This document shows, in pieces, positions 1 to 8,279 of a DNA stretch of 40,718 nucleotides. The position numbers and the translations under genes are program-made. The DNA is from a virus (Duplodnaviria; Caudoviricetes), in the IMG/VR virus record IMGVR_UViG_3300033412_000034, positions 1 through 40,718 of that record; one strand, written 5' to 3'. The notes beneath the pieces are model-generated. The model saw only the letters and a list, made by a program, of their open reading frames with translations, did not search any database and had not been told where the DNA came from. The number at the start of each line of letters is the position of its first letter. Positions within the stretch are counted from its first letter, which is position 1.

Positions 1-45
1 GCTTGCGTCCAGAGGGTGACTCACAATCGCGCGAGGTTGAGATCA

Positions 46-315
46 ATGATTAAGGTAAACGACGTGTCGACCGAGACCGGGGTCGACCAAGCTGTTGTAC
101 AAAAGGTACTCAAGACCCACTATCGACTGGTGCTGCAGGATGTGGCGCTGAATGGGCTCAGTTCAACCGTCTTTGGCGAAATGTATCTATCGCCGGAAAC
201 AGGAGGCTTGCAGATTGCACAGCAAAACGCTGATTTGCGGGAAGTGTTGACCGGACAGGTGCCGCGCGGCGAATTGACCAGCCGGCTCGAAGAATTCGTG
301 CTAAAGCGCTGGTAG
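46..315 (+). CDS. Degenerate HU/IHF-like DNA-binding protein
   Basis: ATG at 46 after GAGG. N-terminus MIKVNDVSTETGVDQAVVQKVLKTHYRLVLQDVALNG..VFGEM follows the HU helix1-helix2-FG pattern, but the DNA-binding arm is not recognisable. Confidence 0.45.
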   Translation: MIKVNDVSTETGVDQAVVQKVLKTHYRLVLQDVALNGLSSTVFGEMYLSPETGGLQIAQQNADLREVLTGQVPRGELTSRLEEFVLKRW

Positions 316-324
316 GAGGACGCC

Positions 325-981
325 ATGGAAACCGAACGCAAACAAACACATTGTCGGATCGTCGATTATTACGCCGCCTACTTGCAAGACGGGCGCCAAA
401 TCCATGTCGGGCGCATCTATAACGAAACGATCACGATTGCCAAGAACATGGTGATCTCGCAGTACGGGCCGCCCGGCCGCATCAAAGTCGATGAAGTCGC
501 GCACGACGTGGCGACTTCGGTCATCATGAACATCATCGTCAAGCGCAAACCGGTCGACAACTGGTTCAAACTGCTCAAGAAGATCTCCAACAACTTGACT
601 TGCCGTTGGATGATCAACAACTTGTACAAGCGCGCCAACATCTGGTCGCTGGAAGGGATGGACCGGGAGCTGGAGGAATTCCGCGACGAGATCCCGGACC
701 ACCACATTTCGTATGCCGAGACCGAGTCGCTGCAGCACGCGCTGGTGCGCACGCTGGAGTTGATCGACGACCTGATGACGCAGTGCCAACGGCCGGCCGA
801 AGCGGTCTGCGCGCATACGGCGCTGGCGCTGGCCGTGGGTGAGAAGCCCGTCATTTACAATAAAATGACGCCGCGCCAGCAGACTTTTGTCCAGATCATT
901 CGGCGCCGCATGGAGTCGATCCTGGGCAATCTCATCAACCCCGACCAACTGGGCGCCATCTTGCATGGCAGGACGATATGA
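325..981 (+). CDS. Hypothetical protein, possible sigma-70/ECF region-2-like transcription factor
   Basis: Strong RBS AGGAGG. VDEVAHDVATSVIMNII..DNWFKLLKKISNNLTCRWM..SLE loosely parallels ECF sigma region 2 (DAEDLVQEVF..FSTWLYRIARN..SLD). The ORF is solid; the function is inference. Confidence 0.4.
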   Translation: METERKQTHCRIVDYYAAYLQDGRQIHVGRIYNETITIAKNMVISQYGPPGRIKVDEVAHDVATSVIMNIIVKRKPVDNWFKLLKKISNNLTCRWMINNLYKRANIWSLEGMDRELEEFRDEIPDHHISYAETESLQHALVRTLELIDDLMTQCQRPAEAVCAHTALALAVGEKPVIYNKMTPRQQTFVQIIRRRMESILGNLINPDQLGAILHGRTI

Positions 982-1406
982 GCACGACTTTGTACACGGC
1001 TGCCCACAAGATGGGGGCCAAACCAGAACTCAAGTCCAGTCCGGAATACTTGTTCACTGCCATTAGCATGTTGATGGCGGAATCGCGCAACGGGGTGTTC
1101 CCGGAAATCCTGTACTTGATCTCGCCCGATCAGTTGCGCTCGCTGTGCGAGACGTTCGGCGGCCAAACGGTACGGATTCCGACGTTGCGCGAACTGGGCG
1201 ATGCTCTCAAGTCGGCGGCCGTCGCGCACTACCGGCGTGCGGCCAACGCGACTGACGAGCAGCTGATGGAGCTGCTCGGGATCAACAAGACTGACATCAA
1301 AGTAATCAATCGGCGCATCGACGCTTGGCAACGCGTAGTGGAAGACTCGATCGGTTTGAATCCAACGCTGTTGTACACCAAGACCGACGGAGGCAACCGT
1401 GAATGA
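978..1406 (+). CDS. Mor/C-like transcription activator
   Basis: LCETFGGQTVRIP followed by an HTH-like EQLMELLGINKTDIKVI, the pattern of the phage Mu Mor family. ATGA overlap with the upstream gene. Confidence 0.6.
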   Translation: MSTTLYTAAHKMGAKPELKSSPEYLFTAISMLMAESRNGVFPEILYLISPDQLRSLCETFGGQTVRIPTLRELGDALKSAAVAHYRRAANATDEQLMELLGINKTDIKVINRRIDAWQRVVEDSIGLNPTLLYTKTDGGNRE

Positions 1407-1998
1407 CCGACTTGACCGCGTCGTGTATGAGCTGGATGCCGCTGGCGACGGCTTGTCTGCCCACGATGCGCTAGCCCGTGCAGAGCTGGCGATTCGTGAA
1501 GCTGAACAACTGGCGGATTCGGCCACGCTGTCGCCCGTAGCCGTGCGCGATCATCTTCAAAACTTGGCTGCCGCGTTTTTTACTGAGCGTATCAAGAACG
1601 CCTCGAGCTTGGAAGCGGTGCGTTCAAAAGCAGCTTCGATGTTGCTCGACAAGATCGACGATGAAACTTCGCCGACCCAGTTGATGCGTATCCTGGAATC
1701 GTTGTCCGAAATCAACGGGGTCGACTTCCAAGCGATCTTGACGGCGATGCAGACGGGCGCCAAACCCGGGCAACCGGGCGGCGTGACCAATATCTTCATG
1801 AACAACTCGTCGAACACGCCCGGACAAGTGCCGCCCGGCGTGACCACCGACTCGATGAAGATTTTGGACGCACTCGTTGGAGTCGCTGAAACGGTAGTGG
1901 CTGAGCACGGACGCGAAGCCGATCCGCGACAAGTGGCGCGCGAGCTGGCGCTGCGCGACGGACTGGCTGACATTGAGTTCGACGATGACAGTGAGTGA
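1399..1998 (+). CDS. Probable terminase small subunit
   Basis: Helical 199-aa ORF overlapping the start of TerL, RBS GGAGG. Call is by position. Confidence 0.5.
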   Translation: MNDRLDRVVYELDAAGDGLSAHDALARAELAIREAEQLADSATLSPVAVRDHLQNLAAAFFTERIKNASSLEAVRSKAASMLLDKIDDETSPTQLMRILESLSEINGVDFQAILTAMQTGAKPGQPGGVTNIFMNNSSNTPGQVPPGVTTDSMKILDALVGVAETVVAEHGREADPRQVARELALRDGLADIEFDDDSE

Positions 1999-4954
1999 GT
2001 TTCACGGGCCGACTTACGAGGCGGCGGCTGCCAAGCGCCGCCTCGAAATTTTTTATAACTCGAGCGAGTATCGCAGTCTCGAGTACATGGTCAGCCAGTG
2101 TAACGCCCGGTTTCGCGACCTGAAACCACAGATCAAACTGACGGCGCTGTACTTGTTGCAGACCGGCGGCCTGGACTCGATCACCGACTTGTGGCGCATG
2201 TTCTATCGGCGCCCAGTGCCGACGATCAGTCAATTTTTGACCGAGCGCTACATTGGTTCGAACGCTCCGGCGTTGTATCCGCAGTGGCGGCGCGATCTGC
2301 TCGAGTTCTTCAAGCCTGGGTCGACGAAAAACGAGTTAGTACTCGGCGGTTGCCACCAAAGGGGGTACGAAATCCTCATGATCGACGGCACCACGAAACT
2401 GGTCGAGGATATAGAAGTAGGCGATTTAGTGATGGGTCCGGATGGCGAAGCTCGCACAGTATGGTCGCTCGTCCGGGGGCGAGACCGGATGGTACGTGTG
2501 ACACCAAAAGGCGGTGACGCAGTTGTCGTTAATGCTAAGCACGTCTTTCCCACTCAGCGGTACGTCGAACGCAGTCGACAGAAAAACCGCGTGCGTCAGC
2601 GTACTATGATACACCTACAGGAAGAAACACGTGCTGAACAACTGACGTTGCACCATAAAGTTCAATACGGTTCGGTTGACTTCCCGGAGCGGAGACAATC
2701 CCTCGATCCATATTTGGTCGGACTATGCCTCGGCGACGGATCGCTGGGTCGAACTATCTACCTATCATTGGTTGACAACCGCGTTATCGATTGGGTGCAG
2801 TCTTATGTGAAGTCAATCGGAGGATTCTGTCGGGTTCGCTGGACTCGTTCTAACTGCTTTGTAGTTGGATTGACTGGACTCGACCCCGTTACCAGAAAAC
2901 TTACTGAGAATCCTGTTCGGCGCGGACTCGAGGCCGCCGGTTTGGCTCATAAAACGTCTTACAACAAGTTCATTCCGGATTGCTACAAGCGAGCTTCCCG
3001 CGCGCAGCGCTTGAAACTGCTAGCTGGACTAATTGACTCGGACGGCGATTATCGTCCAAACGACAATACTTTTCGTTTTGCCTCCGTATCCAAGCAGTTG
3101 GCCGACGACGCTCAGTGGATCGCTCAATCGCTTGGTTTTAAAATCGGCCGAGAGCTACGACTTCCTAGTAAGACGGGGTTTGCAAACGGCAAACCCTGCC
3201 ATGTCATAACGATTTGTGGAAGGTTGTCCGAGATTCCGACGCTGTCCAGCAATAAACAGGGAAAAGACGCTCATAAGGACGTGTCGCGACGCACGGTACG
3301 TTCGCTCGAGTGGTTGCCAGAGGACGACTACTATGGGTTCAACGTGGATCGCGATCACTTGTATCTGGGTGGCGATTTCATGATCCACCATAATTGCATC
3401 GGAGCCGGCAAGTCGTTCGTCTCTCGTCTTGGTCACTTCTACAATCTGTTTAAAGTCACGTCGCTGCTACAGCCGCAGCTAACGCTGGGCGTGACGATTG
3501 ATACGCTGCTGGTGCTGGCGTTGTTCTCGGTGACGGTCGACAAGGCAGCGCTGTCGCTGACGTTGCCGTTCCAGTCACTGCTGAACGCTTCGCAGGATTT
3601 CATCCAAGTCAGAAAGAAAGTCGATTTCAACGACTTTGCCGACAGCGACGTGACTCCATTCGTATTTCACGACAGCAAGATCGAATTTCCCAACAACATT
3701 CTGATCAACGTCGGCTCCAACGCGTCCCACGCGATTGCGTTCTCGATGTTCGGCGCGATGCTGGACGAAGCCGAGTTCGGTCTCAAAGGGATCGATTCGA
3801 CGATGGAGCTGTACATGCAGCTCAAGGAACGCGTGAGGTCTCGCTTCCTGGGCTCGCGCTTCACGTTCCTGAGTCTGGTGTCGTCCGCGCGTTATTCGAC
3901 CGGAGTGATTGCCAACTACACGCGCGGACTGGACGTGGACGACCCGTTCACGACCAAGCTCGGCTACCCGATTTGGGAAATCAAGTCATTCGATTCGTAC
4001 ATCGACGGCCACTTCTACGTGCTGCGCGGCACCAGCATGCAGCCGTCGCGCGTGCTGGACGCCGAATACGACGACATCGAGGCAGGCACTTACAAGACGC
4101 CGTCCAACTGTGAAGTCATCAAAGTCCCCAACACTTATCGCAAGGACTTCGATGGTCGGATCGAGGAAGCGCTGCGCAATCTGGCCGGCGTTCAGACCAT
4201 CGGCGAAGAAAAGATTTTTCCGTCGACTGACTTGCTGGAAGACCTGGACTTGACGCCGGAGTTTTCGATTGAATCGAATCTTGGCGAGAAGCGCGAGCTG
4301 GTCGACAAATTCATCGACGGCGTTTTCGAAAACACCATCGCCGGCAAGCGTTTCATCCGCTATCCGACCGCGTCCCGTTATTTACACCTGGACTTGGCGA
4401 CACAAAACAAATCGCAAGCCGGTATGACGTGCGTGCACAAGGAAATTGGCGAGGACGGCGAGGAGTGGATCATCGTCGATTTCGCGGTATGGATCACGAG
4501 CAAGACTCAGATCGACTTGAACGCGATCAAAAGGTGCGTCATCGCGCTCGGACAAACTTGTAACGTGCACTTCGCTGTGGTTTCATCGGATCAGTTTCAA
4601 TCGACTGCGATCCGGCAGGAGCTGGAGTTACTCAACATTGCCGAATCGGTCGAGTTGCTGTCGGTGGATCGCACCGTTAACCCGTATATGACAGCCGGCG
4701 CATTGGTGACGCAGGGACGCGTCAAGATGGGTCGAGCGACCAAAATGAAGGAACAAATGGCCGCCGTGGCGGCCGATGATTCACGCTCGGCCAAAAAGAT
4801 TTATAGTTCGATCAAAAAAGACTTGCTAGACTCGCTGGTCGGGGCGGTCACTTCGGCTGTCAACAACGTGCGCGATGCTCCCACGCACTCGTACATTGCT
4901 TTCAAGAAAGTGCGCGACAGCCGCAGCTATATGGAGCAGATGGTGTCGCTGTGA
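1991..4954 (+). CDS. terL: Terminase large subunit containing an intein
   Basis: After intein removal: Walker A LVLGG-CIGAGKS, Walker B AMLDEAE, motif III VSSA, and RNase H-like nuclease residues (YLHLDLA, SSDQFQS, KDLLDSLVG). Start is GTG 1991 or ATG 1985. Confidence 0.9.
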   Translation: MSEFHGPTYEAAAAKRRLEIFYNSSEYRSLEYMVSQCNARFRDLKPQIKLTALYLLQTGGLDSITDLWRMFYRRPVPTISQFLTERYIGSNAPALYPQWRRDLLEFFKPGSTKNELVLGGCHQRGYEILMIDGTTKLVEDIEVGDLVMGPDGEARTVWSLVRGRDRMVRVTPKGGDAVVVNAKHVFPTQRYVERSRQKNRVRQRTMIHLQEETRAEQLTLHHKVQYGSVDFPERRQSLDPYLVGLCLGDGSLGRTIYLSLVDNRVIDWVQSYVKSIGGFCRVRWTRSNCFVVGLTGLDPVTRKLTENPVRRGLEAAGLAHKTSYNKFIPDCYKRASRAQRLKLLAGLIDSDGDYRPNDNTFRFASVSKQLADDAQWIAQSLGFKIGRELRLPSKTGFANGKPCHVITICGRLSEIPTLSSNKQGKDAHKDVSRRTVRSLEWLPEDDYYGFNVDRDHLYLGGDFMIHHNCIGAGKSFVSRLGHFYNLFKVTSLLQPQLTLGVTIDTLLVLALFSVTVDKAALSLTLPFQSLLNASQDFIQVRKKVDFNDFADSDVTPFVFHDSKIEFPNNILINVGSNASHAIAFSMFGAMLDEAEFGLKGIDSTMELYMQLKERVRSRFLGSRFTFLSLVSSARYSTGVIANYTRGLDVDDPFTTKLGYPIWEIKSFDSYIDGHFYVLRGTSMQPSRVLDAEYDDIEAGTYKTPSNCEVIKVPNTYRKDFDGRIEEALRNLAGVQTIGEEKIFPSTDLLEDLDLTPEFSIESNLGEKRELVDKFIDGVFENTIAGKRFIRYPTASRYLHLDLATQNKSQAGMTCVHKEIGEDGEEWIIVDFAVWITSKTQIDLNAIKRCVIALGQTCNVHFAVVSSDQFQSTAIRQELELLNIAESVELLSVDRTVNPYMTAGALVTQGRVKMGRATKMKEQMAAVAADDSRSAKKIYSSIKKDLLDSLVGAVTSAVNNVRDAPTHSYIAFKKVRDSRSYMEQMVSL
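2351..3394 (+). mobile_element. 348-aa intein with LAGLIDADG homing endonuclease
   Basis: Begins CHQRGYEILMIDG..IEVGDLVMGPDG (block A), has VVNAKHVF (block B), LVGLCLGDGS and LLAGLIDSDG (endonuclease motifs), and ends YYGFNVD..MIHHN followed by Cys+1. Visibly lower GC than the exteins. Confidence 0.95.
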
Positions 4955-4999
4955 GGGCGGTCAGCTGGCAATTTATAACGATTCTTGGAGTATCGCAGC

Positions 5000-5284
5000 A
5001 TGGCTACTTACGCCCAACTCATCGCCCGCTTGAGCAGCGAGAACCGCATTTCCAAAGCACAGGCTCGGCGCGTCATGAAGACGCTCATCACTTCCATTAC
5101 GGAAGACTTGGTCGACGAGCGGCCGGTACGGCTGCCTCAACTCGGCACTTTGTCTACTCGCAAGCGCCAAGGACGTGTGATCACTGACCCGCACGGACGC
5201 GATCACGCAGTAGGGCCGGCCAGAGTCGTGCATTTCTCCGTGTCCAAGGACCTGCGCAGCGCCGTCAATCGTCGCAAGGACTGA
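5000..5284 (+). CDS. HU family DNA-binding protein
   Basis: MATYAQLIARLS..ISKAQARRVMKTLITSITEDL..VRLPQLGTLSTRKRQGR..DPHG..PARVVHFSVSKDLRSAVN is a complete HU/IHF pattern. RBS GGAG. Confidence 0.85.
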   Translation: MATYAQLIARLSSENRISKAQARRVMKTLITSITEDLVDERPVRLPQLGTLSTRKRQGRVITDPHGRDHAVGPARVVHFSVSKDLRSAVNRRKD

Positions 5285-5320
5285 TTAGCGACGCGTGCGC
5301 TGTCGCACATGACGTGAGTT

Positions 5321-5350
5321 TGGTGCCGCCGCTGACGGGCGCGTTCTAAC
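5321..5350 (+). promoter_or_regulatory. Possible degenerate early promoter
   Basis: TGGTGC-N18-TCTAAC in an intergenic gap; resembles the repeated TTGTGC-N17-TCTAAT promoter. Confidence 0.35.
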
Positions 5351-5402
5351 GTGGAGCGACCGAGCAGCCAGCTCGTGCGACGACGGGGAGAAATCAAAAT
5401 TT

Positions 5403-5741
5403 ATGAACACCAACACCATGACGATGACCGAGCTGTTGGCGGCCACCGTGACTGATCTAGGACTGGACGTCACTACCAATGACGGCCGGCAAACAGCGAT
5501 CAAGCTGGCGTTGCGGCTAGGGCAGGCAGCAGACCTCGGGCGCCAGCAAGCCCAGCAGCAAGCGATCAACGCTTGCGCCGCCGTGTTCAGCCAGTATGAG
5601 GCTCAGTCAAACGCGTGTAGCCGTTTCTCGAACGCACGCCGAGGTCAGATCATGGCGGAGCGGGCCACCGGTGCTTACATGTGCGTGTCGACCTTGAAGA
5701 CTCACTGGAGAACCGGAAGCGATGCTGGTCAGACTGCTTGA
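5403..5741 (+). CDS. Hypothetical protein
   Basis: ORF with GGGGAG upstream and typical codon usage. Confidence 0.65.
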   Translation: MNTNTMTMTELLAATVTDLGLDVTTNDGRQTAIKLALRLGQAADLGRQQAQQQAINACAAVFSQYEAQSNACSRFSNARRGQIMAERATGAYMCVSTLKTHWRTGSDAGQTA

Positions 5742-6063
5742 GCTGTTCGTGCCGCCGCGCGTCACTTATGTGGACGCGACCGATGTCGTTCAAGCGCTAC
5801 GCGACGCGGCGCAGCGCATTCGAGCGTTGCGCTGGTGGAGCGTCACGGCAGCCTTGCCGGCACCCGGCGAAATGGTAGACGTCTATTGGATCGATCATGA
5901 AACCTACACTAGTCACCCGGATCAGGCGCGCATTGTGGCCTATGAGGGAGCCGCTCCCGTCTGGGTTAGCGCGGCTGGATTCCGAATTCGCCCAGCGACT
6001 TGGCGAAGCCTTGCAGCTCGACGTTACCAAGTCAGCGGCCCTGTCGTACGTACGTTGTGCTGA
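5722..6063 (+). CDS. Hypothetical protein, DUF551-like
   Basis: WWSVTAALPAPGEMVDVYW..WV..RPATWR resembles the WISVxERLP..VTHW pattern. Confidence 0.5.
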   Translation: MLVRLLELFVPPRVTYVDATDVVQALRDAAQRIRALRWWSVTAALPAPGEMVDVYWIDHETYTSHPDQARIVAYEGAAPVWVSAAGFRIRPATWRSLAARRYQVSGPVVRTLC

Positions 6064-6193
6064 CCAAGTGCTCGAGGAGGTCCAGAGCGACTTGCGGCGC
6101 GCGTTCGACGACAACGACCGGCGCCACGTCGATACGAACCTGGACGCCGCGCGCGAAGCGCTGCACGAAGCTATCGAGGAGCTGACCCGATGA
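5897..6193 (+). CDS. Hypothetical helical protein (start uncertain)
   Basis: Amphipathic helical C-terminus; its stop overlaps the deaminase ATG (ATGA). Confidence 0.45.
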   Translation: MKPTLVTRIRRALWPMREPLPSGLARLDSEFAQRLGEALQLDVTKSAALSYVRCADQVLEEVQSDLRRAFDDNDRRHVDTNLDAAREALHEAIEELTR

Positions 6194-6774
6194 CCAAGCA
6201 AGACCTGAACGATGCTGTCAACATGGCCCATGCGTGGCTCGAGGCGAGCCGCTCCAAATGCGCGCGCGGCCACGTCGGAGCGATTGCGGTGGCGGCGACA
6301 GGTCGCATCCTGGCGTCCGGTTACAACGGCACGGTCGAAGGGGAGGAAAACTGCTGCGACCACTTCGCCGCGCTCGGCCGGCGCCCGACCCGCGAGGAAC
6401 ATCGGCCGTGGTCGGACCAGTTCGAAGTACACGCCGAAATCAACTTGCTGGCGTTCGCGGCGCGTCACGGCATTCGTTTGGAAGGCTGCACGGTGTATGC
6501 CACCAAGCAGCCGTGCTGGCAATGTTTGAAGGCGCTCGGGCAGCTCAAAATTCAACGGCTGGTCTACGACGAAACCCATTCGCGCAACGACTCGACAGCG
6601 GTCGAATGGGAGCAGTTTTGCGAACGGCGCCAGATCGAGGTGTGCCGCATGCCAGCCGGCTGGCGCCGTGGGGTCTCCCTGCCGCTGTCGAGCCTGCCCG
6701 GCTACCTTACCCCGAGCGAAGTCATGGGAGCCTACCGCGCGGGCTCTCTCACAGGGTACGGCAATCTTTCATAG
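6190..6774 (+). CDS. dCMP deaminase
   Basis: SKC..HVGA, SGYNG, HAEINLL and PCWQC zinc motifs. Confidence 0.92.
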   Translation: MTKQDLNDAVNMAHAWLEASRSKCARGHVGAIAVAATGRILASGYNGTVEGEENCCDHFAALGRRPTREEHRPWSDQFEVHAEINLLAFAARHGIRLEGCTVYATKQPCWQCLKALGQLKIQRLVYDETHSRNDSTAVEWEQFCERRQIEVCRMPAGWRRGVSLPLSSLPGYLTPSEVMGAYRAGSLTGYGNLS

Positions 6775-6776
6775 CA

Positions 6777-6834
6777 AATACTTGTGCTCCTGTACTCTCC
6801 GTGTTCTAATAAAGTCTCTGGCGCGTCGAGCGCC
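6777..6834 (+). promoter_or_regulatory. Early sigma70-like promoter repeat copy 1 with downstream stem-loop
   Basis: -35 TTGTGC (6782-6787), 17-bp spacer, extended -10 TGnTCTAAT (6805-6810), then hairpin GGCGC-gtcga-GCGCC. The 48 bp match the copy at 8190 with 3 mismatches. Confidence 0.8.
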
Positions 6835-6854
6835 TCTCAGACAGGGACACTGCA

Positions 6855-7058
6855 ATGGACGCCAAACAATACTACGCTCACGCCCGCGCACTCGGCGCGT
6901 TTTCAGCCGCTGACTGCCTGACGCTGGCTCGCGAAGCGGCCGAGTTGGATCGCATCGCCGCCGCAAAGAAGAGTGCGCCACCCACGACCATAGCGCAGGA
7001 AACGATGCCGGATGGCTCTGCGCCGATCAATCTCAGCTTCGGCATCAAGGTCTATTAA
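6855..7058 (+). CDS. Small early hypothetical protein
   Basis: First ORF after the promoter repeat; RBS AGGGA. Confidence 0.65.
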   Translation: MDAKQYYAHARALGAFSAADCLTLAREAAELDRIAAAKKSAPPTTIAQETMPDGSAPINLSFGIKVY

Positions 7059-7062
7059 CATC

Positions 7063-7239
7063 ATGGACTGGACTAGAGATCCGGCTGACGTGCGCGGCAA
7101 GTGGACGACGCCGGAAGGCTGGCGCGTGTACACCATGGCTGACGGCTCTTTCCGGGTGTACGACCCGCTCGGCGGCTACCGCATTGGCGACAGCCGCTGG
7201 GTTGTGCAGCAGCACGCAAGAGGTACGGGGCATTCTTGA
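7063..7239 (+). CDS. Small Trp-rich hypothetical protein
   Basis: ATG 4 nt after the upstream stop; MDWTRDPADVRGKWTTPEGWRVY. Confidence 0.5.
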   Translation: MDWTRDPADVRGKWTTPEGWRVYTMADGSFRVYDPLGGYRIGDSRWVVQQHARGTGHS

Positions 7240-7281
7240 ATGGTATTCCTGTTTAACAACGCAACACGAAGGGGAATGACG

Positions 7282-7470
7282 ATGGCAACGCAAATAGGCA
7301 AGAAGAAGACTTCCGATCAAATCGCACACGGCGGTATGGCGCCTATAACTCACATGGTCGTCCGTGCAGATGGGAAAATCGTTGGCCTTCACAAAAGCGA
7401 AGTAGACGCCAAGAACCACGCGAAAACTCTCAACGCAGACGGCGAAAACTATTCTGTGCGGAGCGCCTAA
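7282..7470 (+). CDS. Small hypothetical protein
   Basis: RBS AAGGGG; lower GC than flanks. Confidence 0.6.
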   Translation: MATQIGKKKTSDQIAHGGMAPITHMVVRADGKIVGLHKSEVDAKNHAKTLNADGENYSVRSA

Positions 7471-7513
7471 CACCACGCCGGGCAGTCCCGGCTCACTCGA
7501 TGGAGATGATTAA

Positions 7514-7741
7514 ATGGCAACGCGGATGAAAAGTTCAATCACAAAGAGCAAGAGCGGGCATTACACAGTCACTGCCCGCGATGCGCACGGAAGGATGAAA
7601 ACAGCCACCGGTTTCCAGCATATATACGATGCGCGCATCGCGCTTCGCGATTTGAAGCTGCAATTGGCGGACCAAGCGAAGGATGAGGAACGCGCCATCC
7701 GAGGAACGCGCATCAACGACATGTTTATCAAGCCCGAATAA
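7514..7741 (+). CDS. Small basic hypothetical protein
   Basis: RBS GGAG; lower GC than flanks. Confidence 0.65.
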   Translation: MATRMKSSITKSKSGHYTVTARDAHGRMKTATGFQHIYDARIALRDLKLQLADQAKDEERAIRGTRINDMFIKPE

Positions 7742-7784
7742 CCACCGCTCCCGCATGGCGGGCAATCACTCACTGAGGTAGACC

Positions 7785-8168
7785 ATGAGCGAACTCGACT
7801 TCCTGACCCCGCAAGCGGCCGGTCTCAACCTAAACGAGCAGTCGGATCGCGCTATCTTTCGAACCCGCGTAGCGCGTGCACTGAGTCACACGGTAGTCGA
7901 TGTCATGCGCCTCTGGGCAGGGACTCCGATCCGTAGCCGCCAGGAGGGATACACGGCCGTTGCCAATGCATTCCTGCAGCAGCGCGGCTACTTCACGGAT
8001 GCTAAGGTCCAGCAGGAATACGTTAAACGAACTGCCGCCGATCATATCAACGCGGCAGTAAAGGTGCTCGCCGCACAGCGAGACGCACTGCCTCAGGACG
8101 ACGAGGCCCGTGTTCCGTTGACAGTTGCACTCCAAGGGCTGGTGCAGGCGCTGGACGCCCTCGCTTGA
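7785..8168 (+). CDS. Hypothetical protein
   Basis: RBS GAGG; ends just before promoter repeat copy 2. Confidence 0.7.
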   Translation: MSELDFLTPQAAGLNLNEQSDRAIFRTRVARALSHTVVDVMRLWAGTPIRSRQEGYTAVANAFLQQRGYFTDAKVQQEYVKRTAADHINAAVKVLAAQRDALPQDDEARVPLTVALQGLVQALDALA

Positions 8169-8189
8169 GCATTGCTTATTGGGCACATC

Positions 8190-8248
8190 AATACTTGTGC
8201 TCCTGTACTCTCTGTGTTCTAATAAAATCTCCGGCGCTGCTAAGCGCC
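8190..8248 (+). promoter_or_regulatory. Early sigma70-like promoter repeat copy 2 with downstream stem-loop
   Basis: TTGTGC (8195-8200)-N17-TCTAAT (8218-8223), then hairpin GGCGC-tgctaa-GCGCC. Confidence 0.8.
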
Positions 8249-8279
8249 CCGCCGACCAGATGGCAACCGGGAGAACATC

